Positions 18,709 to 26,858 of a stretch of DNA of 64,000 nucleotides are shown here, piece after piece. The notes beneath the pieces were generated by a model. The model had not been told where the DNA came from. It was given only the letters and a program-made list of their open reading frames with translations, and ran no database searches. Location: NCBI GenBank assembly GCA_045537575.1, contig JAZSPU010000006.1, positions 10,814 through 74,813 on the forward strand, read 5' to 3'. How positions within the stretch are numbered: the first letter of the stretch is position 1; each line of letters begins with the position of its first letter. The stretch comes from Acutalibacteraceae bacterium (GTDB taxonomy: Bacteria > Bacillota > Clostridia > Oscillospirales > Acutalibacteraceae). A program made the translations under genes and the position numbers.

Positions 18709-19746
18709 TTATTTCTTATAAGTTTCAAGAAGCTCGGGGGGATTTTTCTTAAGTTCGCTGAGAAGTTCGCTTAAAGAACCCGTTGCAAGTGCAATTCTTT
18801 CATCAGCAGCGCCGTAGTAAATTCTGATTTCGTCCTTTTCTTCATTGGCAAGTGCGCCGCAAGCAAAGGTTACGTTTTCGGCTCTGCCGTAAATTTCATA
18901 ATCGGTGTTGGGGGTTAAAATAGGCTTATCAAGGATACCGATAATCTTTGTGGGATCCTCTAAATCCATAAGCATTGCAGAAAGGCTGTAGCACCACTCT
19001 CTGTTTTCGATATAAACGCCGTGAAAAATTTCAAGCCAACCCTCTTTAGTCTTAATGGGAGGAGTGGGGCCTACCTTGTAATTAGCAAAGGAATTACAGG
19101 GATAAAGGAAGGGACGGTGTCTGCCCCAGTGAATCATATCGGGAGAATAGGAAATCCACATACCGTGGGTTAATTCATCATCAAGGCTGTGGCCGGGCGC
19201 TTTAACACGGGCAATACCGTAAGGACGGTCAAGACGAACGTAGTCGCCGTTTATCTTTTCGGGGAAAAGACAGGGTACGCGGTTAATGGGCAGAGCAATA
19301 CACTCAACAAATTCCAAGGTTTTAAAGTCCTTGGTTTTCTCAAGAAGAGCGCAAGGGCCTATATCTCTGCCAATGGGAGGATGAACCTGACCGGGACGTA
19401 CAATATAATATGTATCGCCTATCTGAGTAACTCTGGGATCAATAATCCAGCCGTCGTATCTGCCGGGAACGTTCGGCGCCCAATCTCTGTATTTACAAAG
19501 AGGTTCGGGGTTGATGTCAAAGTTAATACCGTCTTCACTTGTAGCAACGTGAATACCTGTAAGGCTTCCGCGCTCGTCACGCTCTTTATAAATAGCGGCA
19601 ACAAGTAAAAGATATTTGCCTTCAAACATTACCTGTCCGCAGTTAAATACCGAAACTGCAGGAATGGGAAAATTCTCTGCCGTTATAATGGGATTGCCCT
19701 CATAACGATGCATTATATATTCTTCGCCTCTGAATTTTTCAATCAT
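18709..19746 (-). CDS. GH130-family glycoside phosphorylase/hydrolase (beta-mannoside type)
   Basis: 345 aa. The N-terminus ..RYEGNPIIT..NFP....VFN.G and the overall five-bladed-propeller-type pattern are typical of GH130. AAGGAGGT RBS. Confidence 0.75.
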   Translation of the reverse strand: MIEKFRGEEYIMHRYEGNPIITAENFPIPAVSVFNCGQVMFEGKYLLLVAAIYKERDERGSLTGIHVATSEDGINFDINPEPLCKYRDWAPNVPGRYDGWIIDPRVTQIGDTYYIVRPGQVHPPIGRDIGPCALLEKTKDFKTLEFVECIALPINRVPCLFPEKINGDYVRLDRPYGIARVKAPGHSLDDELTHGMWISYSPDMIHWGRHRPFLYPCNSFANYKVGPTPPIKTKEGWLEIFHGVYIENREWCYSLSAMLMDLEDPTKIIGILDKPILTPNTDYEIYGRAENVTFACGALANEEKDEIRIYYGAADERIALATGSLSELLSELKKNPPELLETYKK

Positions 19747-19967
19747 AAGAATACCTCCTTCTTTTTATATTTTTATAATAGCATAATAAATAATCTTTCA
19801 CAAGACAAAAATACTCGGATTTTCGGACAAAAATTTTCACTCTTTGCAGTATAGATATGCAACGCTATGCGTTGATGCCATACAGTCCGCTTCGCGAACT
19901 GATTATATACACCTTCGGTGATTTAAACAGACGACGCCGCATTTCTGCGACGTCGTCTGTTTAAAAA

Positions 19968-19988
19968 GGGGATAGGGATGAATAGGGG
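19968..19988 (+). repeat. partial TAGGG-type G-tract repeat (three G3-4 runs)
   Basis: GGGGATAGGGATGAATAGGGG, directly 3' of a 12-bp hairpin. Confidence 0.8.
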
Positions 19989-20004
19989 CAAAATAAATAT
20001 AGAG

Positions 20005-20745
20005 TCATAAAAGTGACATTTGGCTGAAAACTGAGTTTTTATCAATTTTTATGCGGATTTCCAGAGAATTTTCGGTATCCTTTTGCCTGAAATTCACGGG
20101 AATCCCTGCGTCTCTTACACTTTCGGTAAGCTGTTTTACGCTGTTAAGAAAAAATCGTGTGTCTTTTATGGGAGGAAGCCGTTTTTCATTTTCCTTAATG
20201 CTCTTTTTTTCTTCACATTTTGAAAACTTCGTTTCACTTTCTTCCTTGCTTTCAAACAAAGCCGTAATATCCTTTATTGAAAGTTTTTGTTTTACTGCTT
20301 TTGTCTTTAGCTTTTCGGGAAGTGTGGCGACCTTTATTATTTTTTCAAGTTCTCCCGTGGTAAAGGAAAGGGTACGCGCAACGCTGGGTAGCGAATATTT
20401 TTTGCACAGTTCGTAAAGCCTGTCCGCTTCTTCAATTAAAGAGATTTCCTGACCTAAGTTTTCTTCGGTTGCTCGGTAAAGCTCGGCATCAAAAAAATCG
20501 GTCACTATGCAAGGAATTTTTTTAATCCCTGCAATGATACAGGCTTTTATGCGCCTTTCCCCGCTTATTACCTCGTAGCCGTCATAGGTTTCTCTAACTG
20601 CTACGGGTATCAGCAATCCGTTTTCTCTTATACTTTCCGATAAAAGAAAGAGTTTATAACGGTCATATTCTTTTTGCACTTCTCTTGGGGGTATTATTTC
20701 AGACGGGTTCAAAAAGATTAGCCGTTTAAAATATGCCTCTTTCAC
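20005..20745 (-). CDS. ParB-family protein, Noc (nucleoid occlusion)-like
   Basis: ParB N-domain ..IIPPREVQKEY..LSESIRENGLLIPVAVRE..YEVISGERRIKA.., an HTH region, and a C-terminus ..DTRFFLNSVKQLTESVRDAGIPV..EIRIKI. GTG at 20745 sits 7 nt behind AGGAGG and is preferred over the ORF-track ATG at 20889. Confidence 0.65.
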   Translation of the reverse strand: MKEAYFKRLIFLNPSEIIPPREVQKEYDRYKLFLLSESIRENGLLIPVAVRETYDGYEVISGERRIKACIIAGIKKIPCIVTDFFDAELYRATEENLGQEISLIEEADRLYELCKKYSLPSVARTLSFTTGELEKIIKVATLPEKLKTKAVKQKLSIKDITALFESKEESETKFSKCEEKKSIKENEKRLPPIKDTRFFLNSVKQLTESVRDAGIPVNFRQKDTENSLEIRIKIDKNSVFSQMSLL

Positions 20746-20984
20746 TTTTATACCTCCTGCCGAAACCCCTTCGGCAAGAAAATAGTAGCACAGATTTCCC
20801 CCCTTTTCAAGAAAAATACATCGACAAAAAACCTCTAAAACAGCGCCTTTTTTATCACTTTTTTCCTCTGCCGACAAAGTCTTTGTCATAATAGGTTAAA
20901 ACTTAAAAATCTCTGCGATATTTTCTTCATTATTGAAAAAATTTTCCTTTTGTGATAGAATAATTTTACAAAGGAGTGATAGTA

Positions 20985-21788
20985 ATGAAAGAAAATATAA
21001 AATATCCTTTCCCTACAGCCGCAATTTTGCTATTTGTTTCATCGTTTTTTTATTTTTTAAGTATTGTTTTTACCGATGAATTGCCCTACGCATTTTCCGA
21101 TTTTATTTTCCCCGCTTTAATACGTTTTTTTGGTGTAATACTATTAGGCATATTTCTGTTGGTTAAACGTTTGCCTGTGGCAACACTTATAACATTTTCT
21201 TCACTTATAATAGCGCAGTTTGCCGATATGGTTATTTATGTACGTGCAAGTATATATTATCTTTCAACAGAAGACACTTCAACCTTGCTATTTAAAGATT
21301 TATTTTTACTTATAACTCTTGTTTTCGTGTTTCTACTTTCCTTTACTAACGTGGTTTCAGGCGGTTTTAAGAAATTTTCAAAGGTATGGTTTATAGGCAT
21401 TATTCTTTCATCTATTTCGTACTTTTTGGATTTCGTTATTATGGCAACCTACACAGAGTATTTCCCTGCTGATTTTGAAGATATTATTTTTTCAAATATT
21501 TTCGGTAATATTTTCTTATGTATAGCTCTTTGTCTTGTTTCCGGTTGGTTTAAAAGGGTTGTCGATAATCAAAGCATTATCGAGGAAACGGTTTACGTTC
21601 CCGAGGCGGCATACGTTATTCCTGATGCTGAAAGCGTTTATATTTCACCGACGGTTAAAGTACCTGAAGAACCCATTAAGCAATTTGATGATGCAAATGA
21701 ACTACGCAAATACAAAGCCCTTTTCGATGAAGGCGTTATAACCGAAGAGGAATTTGAGCAAAAGAAAAAGAAAATTTTAGATATTTAA
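20985..21788 (+). CDS. polytopic membrane protein with C-terminal SHOCT domain
   Basis: Six hydrophobic segments. C-terminal ELRKYKALFDEGVITEEEFEQKKKKIL is a SHOCT-type motif. AAGGAG RBS before ATG 20985. Confidence 0.6.
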   Translation: MKENIKYPFPTAAILLFVSSFFYFLSIVFTDELPYAFSDFIFPALIRFFGVILLGIFLLVKRLPVATLITFSSLIIAQFADMVIYVRASIYYLSTEDTSTLLFKDLFLLITLVFVFLLSFTNVVSGGFKKFSKVWFIGIILSSISYFLDFVIMATYTEYFPADFEDIIFSNIFGNIFLCIALCLVSGWFKRVVDNQSIIEETVYVPEAAYVIPDAESVYISPTVKVPEEPIKQFDDANELRKYKALFDEGVITEEEFEQKKKKILDI

Positions 21789-21791
21789 AAA

Positions 21792-21830
21792 CAAAACCGC
21801 AACTCATTACTGTGAGTTGCGGTTTTATTT
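21792..21830. terminator. bidirectional intrinsic terminator
   Basis: Stem AAAACCGCAACTCA/TGAGTTGCGGTTTT, followed by ATTTTT. Confidence 0.85.
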
Positions 21831-22547
21831 TTACAGTGGTTGTTTTGAAATTTTTGCGCTGGGGCGGGGATATTTTAAAGGAGTTTCGGTCTTTTTTTCT
21901 ACCTTTACTACACTTCTTCCCCCGAGCTTTTCGTGGCTAAAGGCTATAACCTCTGCTTTGCCTCCGCCCAAAATGCTTATTGCCTTTTTAGCATTCTCTG
22001 CTTCTTCGTTTCCTGTGGGGCCCTTAAGCGCTACAAAGCTGCCCCCCTTTTTAACGTAGGGAATACAGTATTCACTCAGCAAATTCATATTTGCAACAGC
22101 CCTTGCTACAGCAAAGTCATACTGTTCTCTCAGCTCCGCCTTTTTGCCGCCTTCTTCTGCTCTTAAATGCACGATATTGGCACTAAGTCCTAAATTATCA
22201 AGCACTTCCTTTAAAAAGACAAGGCGTTTATTAAGTCCGTCAAGAAGGGTTAAATCAATATCCTCGCGAACTATTTTCAAGACCATACCGGGAAAGCCTG
22301 CGCCTGTACCAACGTCGATTATTTTTGCATTTTTTGGAACCTTTACGTATTTAAAAAAGAGCATACAGTCATAAAAATGCTTCCATACCACCTCTTCGGG
22401 TTCGGTTATGGCGGTAAGGTTCATTTTTTCGTTCCACTCTACAAGCAAATTCCCGTAAATATTAAGATTTTTTATTTGTTTTTCGCTAAGCGTTATGCCG
22501 AATTTTTCTGCTTCGGTCAAAATATTACTAATAGGAAAATCTATCAT
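21831..22547 (-). CDS. rsmG: 16S rRNA (guanine527-N7)-methyltransferase
   Basis: SAM motif IIDVGTGAGFPG. Position is immediately downstream of mnmG (4-nt overlap). Confidence 0.93.
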   Translation of the reverse strand: MIDFPISNILTEAEKFGITLSEKQIKNLNIYGNLLVEWNEKMNLTAITEPEEVVWKHFYDCMLFFKYVKVPKNAKIIDVGTGAGFPGMVLKIVREDIDLTLLDGLNKRLVFLKEVLDNLGLSANIVHLRAEEGGKKAELREQYDFAVARAVANMNLLSEYCIPYVKKGGSFVALKGPTGNEEAENAKKAISILGGGKAEVIAFSHEKLGGRSVVKVEKKTETPLKYPRPSAKISKQPL

Positions 22548-24430
22548 TTATTTTCTCCGCTTTTATTTTTTTCAAGATATACAATAAGCACCGATAAATC
22601 GGCAGGGCTTACCCCTGAAATACGGGATGCCTGTCCGATACTCTTTGGGCGCACCTTATTAAGCTTTTCCACCGCTTCAAGACGAAGAGAGCCTACAAGA
22701 GAATAATCAATATTATCGGGAATTTTCTTCTTTTCAAGCCTTAGCATTTCATCAACGGCGGATTTCTGACGGGCAATATAGCCCTCATACTTTATTTCCG
22801 TTTCGATTTTTTCTCTGACAGCAATGGAAAGGGTTGGTCTTTCCTTGTCAAAGGGCGCAAGTCCGTCATAGGTTACCTGCGGTCTTTTAATAAGCTCACT
22901 AAGTTTAAGTCCCGTTGTCATAGGCGCTGTGCCCACACTCTCCAAATACCCATTAAGGTCAGCATTTGGGGCGATAGTAGTGCTTTTAAGACGCTCTATT
23001 TCCCTTTCCTTCTGCTCTTTTCTTATAAGGAAATTCTCCCAATCGGTATCATTTATAAGACCTAATCTTCTGCCTGTAGGCATTAAGCGTTCATCGGCAT
23101 TATCCTGACGTAAAAGCAGACGATACTCACTTCTCGAGGTCATCATTCTATATGGATCAGAGCAACCCTTAGTAACAAGGTCGTCAATCAGCGTTCCTAT
23201 ATAGCTTTCGGTACGCGAAAAGGTAACAGGCTCTTCACCCTTAATTTTAAGAGCCGCATTAACACCAGCCACAAAGCCCTGAACAGCCGCTTCCTCATAG
23301 CCTGAAGAACCGTTAAACTGCCCTGCGCCGTAAAGTCCGTCAAGTCCCTTTATTTCGAGTGTATAGGAAAGACACATAGGATCAATACAGTCATATTCAA
23401 TAGCATAGGCATTACGCATTATTTTAATGTTTTCAAAGCCCTTTATGGTTTTATAAAACTGAATTTGTACCTCTTCGGGAAGTGAAGAGGACATTCCCTG
23501 AAGATAAAGTTCCTCTGTATCCTGTCCGCAAGGCTCAATAAAAAGAAGATGGCGCTTTTTATCGGCAAAACGCACTATCTTATCCTCGATACTGGGGCAA
23601 TAACGGGGGCCAACACCCTCAATATCACCTGCATAAAGGGGCGAACGGTCAAGATTATCTCTTATTACACGTTCGGTTTCGCTGTTTGTATAGGCAATAT
23701 GACAAACAGCCGTATTATTTATAGTTTCTGGATCGGTTGAAAAACTAAAGGGGGTAATTTCATTATCGCCGTACTGTATTTCAAGCTCATCAAAGTTAAT
23801 ACTTGCCCTGTCAACTCTGGCGGGGGTACCCGTTTTAAAGCGGCGCAAAGGAAGTCCTAACCTTTTAAGTGACTCAGCAAGGGGGAGTGACGGCGCAAGT
23901 CCGTCAGGGCCGCTATGGTAATTTACCTCGCCCACGTATATTTTACCGCCAAGAAAGGTGCCTGTAGCAAGAACAACTGCCTTTACGGTATATTTTGCGC
24001 CAAGAAGCGTTGTTACTTCCCAGTTTTCACCGTTTTTTGAAATATCAATAATTTCTGCCTGTTTTACATCAAGATTTTCTTGCTTTTCTACGGCGTGCTT
24101 CATATAGGCAGAATAATTTCTTCTGTCTATCTGCGCTCTGAGAGAGTGCACCGCAGGGCCTTTACCGCGGTTAAGCATACGGCTCTGAATGGTATTTTTA
24201 TCTGCGGCTTTTCCCATTTCACCGCCGAGAGCGTCAAGCTCTCTTACCAGATGTCCCTTTGCGGTACCGCCGATAGAAGGGTTGCAGGGTAAATTGCCTA
24301 TCCAGTCAAGAGTAACCGAAAACATAACGGTTTTTACCCCTAGTCTTGCGCTGACCAAAGCCGCTTCAACACCTGCGTGACCGCCGCCGATTACAGCAAC
24401 GTCATAGTTTTCTGCATTATAAGTTATCAT
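22544..24430 (-). CDS. mnmG: tRNA uridine 5-carboxymethylaminomethyl modification enzyme MnmG (GidA)
   Basis: N-terminal FAD motif YDVAVIGGGHAGVEAA, 628 aa, conserved GidA blocks throughout. Confidence 0.97.
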   Translation of the reverse strand: MITYNAENYDVAVIGGGHAGVEAALVSARLGVKTVMFSVTLDWIGNLPCNPSIGGTAKGHLVRELDALGGEMGKAADKNTIQSRMLNRGKGPAVHSLRAQIDRRNYSAYMKHAVEKQENLDVKQAEIIDISKNGENWEVTTLLGAKYTVKAVVLATGTFLGGKIYVGEVNYHSGPDGLAPSLPLAESLKRLGLPLRRFKTGTPARVDRASINFDELEIQYGDNEITPFSFSTDPETINNTAVCHIAYTNSETERVIRDNLDRSPLYAGDIEGVGPRYCPSIEDKIVRFADKKRHLLFIEPCGQDTEELYLQGMSSSLPEEVQIQFYKTIKGFENIKIMRNAYAIEYDCIDPMCLSYTLEIKGLDGLYGAGQFNGSSGYEEAAVQGFVAGVNAALKIKGEEPVTFSRTESYIGTLIDDLVTKGCSDPYRMMTSRSEYRLLLRQDNADERLMPTGRRLGLINDTDWENFLIRKEQKEREIERLKSTTIAPNADLNGYLESVGTAPMTTGLKLSELIKRPQVTYDGLAPFDKERPTLSIAVREKIETEIKYEGYIARQKSAVDEMLRLEKKKIPDNIDYSLVGSLRLEAVEKLNKVRPKSIGQASRISGVSPADLSVLIVYLEKNKSGENK

Positions 24431-24433
24431 ATT

Positions 24434-25216
24434 CTATTTCTTTTTGAAAACGGGAACCTTTACTGTTTTATATGTGTAATTATAGATTACATATTCTCCG
24501 TTTTTAACTTTTTTGGTCAGTACTTTTCCGCGGTTGTCGTAGGTATAATCAATAATTTTTTCACTTCTTTCAGACTTTCTTACCTCGTTGGTCATAAAGC
24601 TGCCTTCGTAAGTGTAGGTTACTTCTTCACTGTAATTATTAGCCAGATAAATAATGTCTTCTTTAACGAGTCTTCCGGCTATATAAGAATAATTATACTG
24701 TGCTACAGGCTTATTTTCTTCATCAAAAGAAATTTTTATAGCAAGAGTGCCGTCATCATTGTACTGTAAATCAGAAGCGCCGAGAAGCTTTCCCGATGTA
24801 TCTTTTGACTCGATACGCACAAGCAGTCCGTTAGCATAAATGTAGGTAGTTGTATCGGTCAGCGTACCCTGATAGGTAGAATCTTCCTTTAAAATATTGC
24901 CTTTTGCGTCATAGGTACAAATTGTGTAACCGCTTTCGGTTCCCATATAAGTGTAAACCTTTTTCTCAATGAGACCTTTATCGTTATAGTAATTGGTCTG
25001 TATGTTTTCATCTGTGCTTGTTATTACACAGCTTTCAAGCTTCATTACCTTGCATACGGGAATTGTTGCGCAGAAAATAATACCTATAAGCGCAAGTACA
25101 ATAAGTACTGCAACGCCTTTAAAAAGAGGGTGAAAACCCTTTTTCTTTTTGCTCTTTTTCTGAGCCTTAGGTCTTGCTTCAAATTCTTCGTTAACTCTAA
25201 ATCCGTTTTCTGTCAT
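24434..25216 (-). CDS. hypothetical type-II membrane protein with YD-like beta repeats
   Basis: Basic N-terminus, one TM segment (VAVLIVLALIGIIFCATI), then repeats of the type xTYDAKGNIL, LQYNDDGTL and YTYDNRGKVL. It is wedged between mnmE and mnmG with gaps of 12 nt and 3 nt. Confidence 0.6.
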   Translation of the reverse strand: MTENGFRVNEEFEARPKAQKKSKKKKGFHPLFKGVAVLIVLALIGIIFCATIPVCKVMKLESCVITSTDENIQTNYYNDKGLIEKKVYTYMGTESGYTICTYDAKGNILKEDSTYQGTLTDTTTYIYANGLLVRIESKDTSGKLLGASDLQYNDDGTLAIKISFDEENKPVAQYNYSYIAGRLVKEDIIYLANNYSEEVTYTYEGSFMTNEVRKSERSEKIIDYTYDNRGKVLTKKVKNGEYVIYNYTYKTVKVPVFKKK

Positions 25217-25228
25217 TTTGGTTTCCTC

Positions 25229-26590
25229 CTATTTACCAACACAAAATTTTTTAAATATCTCTTCGGTAACCGACTCGGTTACTCTTTTTCCTGTCATTTC
25301 GTAAAGAGCTGTCAGGGCATCATCAACCAAAACTCCTACTGCATCGGGTGTGACACCGTTTTCAATAGACATCAGCGCTTCGTTTACCGCCAGATATGCT
25401 CTATAAGCTAAATCACGCTGTCTTTCACTTATAAGCACGGCGCTGTCGGGACTTAAATTCTCTGCCTTTGTGACTCTCGCTACAGCCAGTATCAGAGCTT
25501 CATATCCGTCACCGTTTTTAGCAGACATCCTCACAGTTTCTATTCCCTTAGCAAAATCCTCTTTGAATTTACAGCCTTTATCACATTGATTTAATATAAC
25601 TATAAGGGATTTATCTTTACATTCATTCAGTAAATTTATATCCTCTTGCGTTACCTCTTTAGAACAGTCAAAAACCGCCAAAACAAGCTGACTGCTGCTT
25701 AGTCGCTGACGCGCAAGGGCAATGCCCTGTGCTTCTACCTCGTCGCTACTCTCTCTTATTCCCGCCGTATCGGCAAGTCTTAAGGGAATTTCGCCTAACA
25801 TAACCGTATCTTCTATAACGTCTCTGGTAGTACCCGCAACGCTTGTTACTATTGAACGGTTAACGCCCGTAAGCAGATTCATAAGTGTGGATTTTCCGGC
25901 ATTAGGACTGCCAACAATTACCGTTTCAATGCCTTCTCTTAAAATTCTGCCCACGTCATATTCACTAAGCATTTTTGAAAGAGCCTTTTGAACACGGCTA
26001 AGATCTGCCTTAAAGGTTTCGGTATCTATCTGGCCTATATCCTCTTCAGGATAGTCGCAGTACGCAGCTATTGAAGCGGCGCTTGATACAAGCTCTTTTT
26101 CAATTAGCGAAAGCTTGGCTGCCACACCGCCTGCGTGAACGCTTCTTGCAAGTTTTAGTTCGCTGGTGCTTTGAGCCGAAATAAGACTCATTACGCTTTC
26201 GGCTTTTATAAGGTCAAGCTTACCGTTCAGGAAAGCGCGTTTTGTAAATTCGCCTGCTCCCGCCAACACCGCGCCTGCCTCAAGCACAGCGCGAAGCACC
26301 TCTTTAACCATAAGGGTGCCGCCGTGAACCGAAAGTTCTACAACGTCTTCACCCGTATAGCTTTTAGGAGCCGTAAAGCGCAGGGCAACCGCTTCGTCAA
26401 GCCTTACCCCTTCTTTTCTTATTTCTCCGAAAAGTGCGGTATAGCCTTTTATTTCACTTATTTTTTTGCCACTTGCGCTAAAAAATATTTTATCGGCAAT
26501 TTCGGCTGATTTCTCACCTGAAATACGGACAATTCCTATTCCGCCGTCCCCCAAAGGAGTAGCAATTGCGGCAATTGTACGCTCTGCCAT
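25229..26590 (-). CDS. mnmE: tRNA modification GTPase MnmE (TrmE)
   Basis: TIAAIATP start, G-domain motifs GSPNAGKST and DTAGIR, C-terminal FCVGK. ATG 26590 (with an RBS) is preferred over 26608. Confidence 0.95.
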   Translation of the reverse strand: MAERTIAAIATPLGDGGIGIVRISGEKSAEIADKIFFSASGKKISEIKGYTALFGEIRKEGVRLDEAVALRFTAPKSYTGEDVVELSVHGGTLMVKEVLRAVLEAGAVLAGAGEFTKRAFLNGKLDLIKAESVMSLISAQSTSELKLARSVHAGGVAAKLSLIEKELVSSAASIAAYCDYPEEDIGQIDTETFKADLSRVQKALSKMLSEYDVGRILREGIETVIVGSPNAGKSTLMNLLTGVNRSIVTSVAGTTRDVIEDTVMLGEIPLRLADTAGIRESSDEVEAQGIALARQRLSSSQLVLAVFDCSKEVTQEDINLLNECKDKSLIVILNQCDKGCKFKEDFAKGIETVRMSAKNGDGYEALILAVARVTKAENLSPDSAVLISERQRDLAYRAYLAVNEALMSIENGVTPDAVGVLVDDALTALYEMTGKRVTESVTEEIFKKFCVGK

Positions 26591-26680
26591 GGCTTTCCCG
26601 CCTTTCATTACATAAAATTACATTTTATTTTACCATAAAAATTTTTTAAATGCAAGAAATAGTTGTCGCTTTGCGACAAA

Positions 26681-26712
26681 GGGAGTAAGGGAAGAGGGCA
26701 TAGGGAGTAGGG
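26681..26712 (+). repeat. G-tract repeat (five G3 runs), TAGGG-type, preceded by a 7-bp hairpin
   Basis: GGG at 26681-83, 26689-91, 26696-98, 26703-05 and 26710-12, with 4-5-nt loops. Hairpin TTGTCGC-TTT-GCGACAA lies at 26663-26679. Confidence 0.9.
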
Positions 26713-26791
26713 AGCAGTTGACTCATTTCCTTTTATTTGTATTAAATTCTATTAAGATTTGCAAAAATTTTTAATTTCCGCCTTTCCTATT

Positions 26792-26824
26792 GTGACAATT
26801 TTTTTAGCGCGATTTAGGTATAAT
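26792..26824 (+). promoter_or_regulatory. candidate spoIIE promoter with over-long spacer
   Basis: GTGACA (26792-26797), 21-nt spacer, TATAAT (26819-26824), 35 nt upstream of the spoIIE ATG. Confidence 0.4.
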
Positions 26825-26858
26825 ATCCTGTGGAAAAATATAAGCAAGGAGTTTTAAA

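Noticed and set aside
26609-26858. Possible oriC next to mnmE.
   Set aside because: There is only one near-DnaA box (TGTGGAAAA at 26829), no cluster, no AT-rich unwinding element pattern and no dnaA/dnaN nearby.
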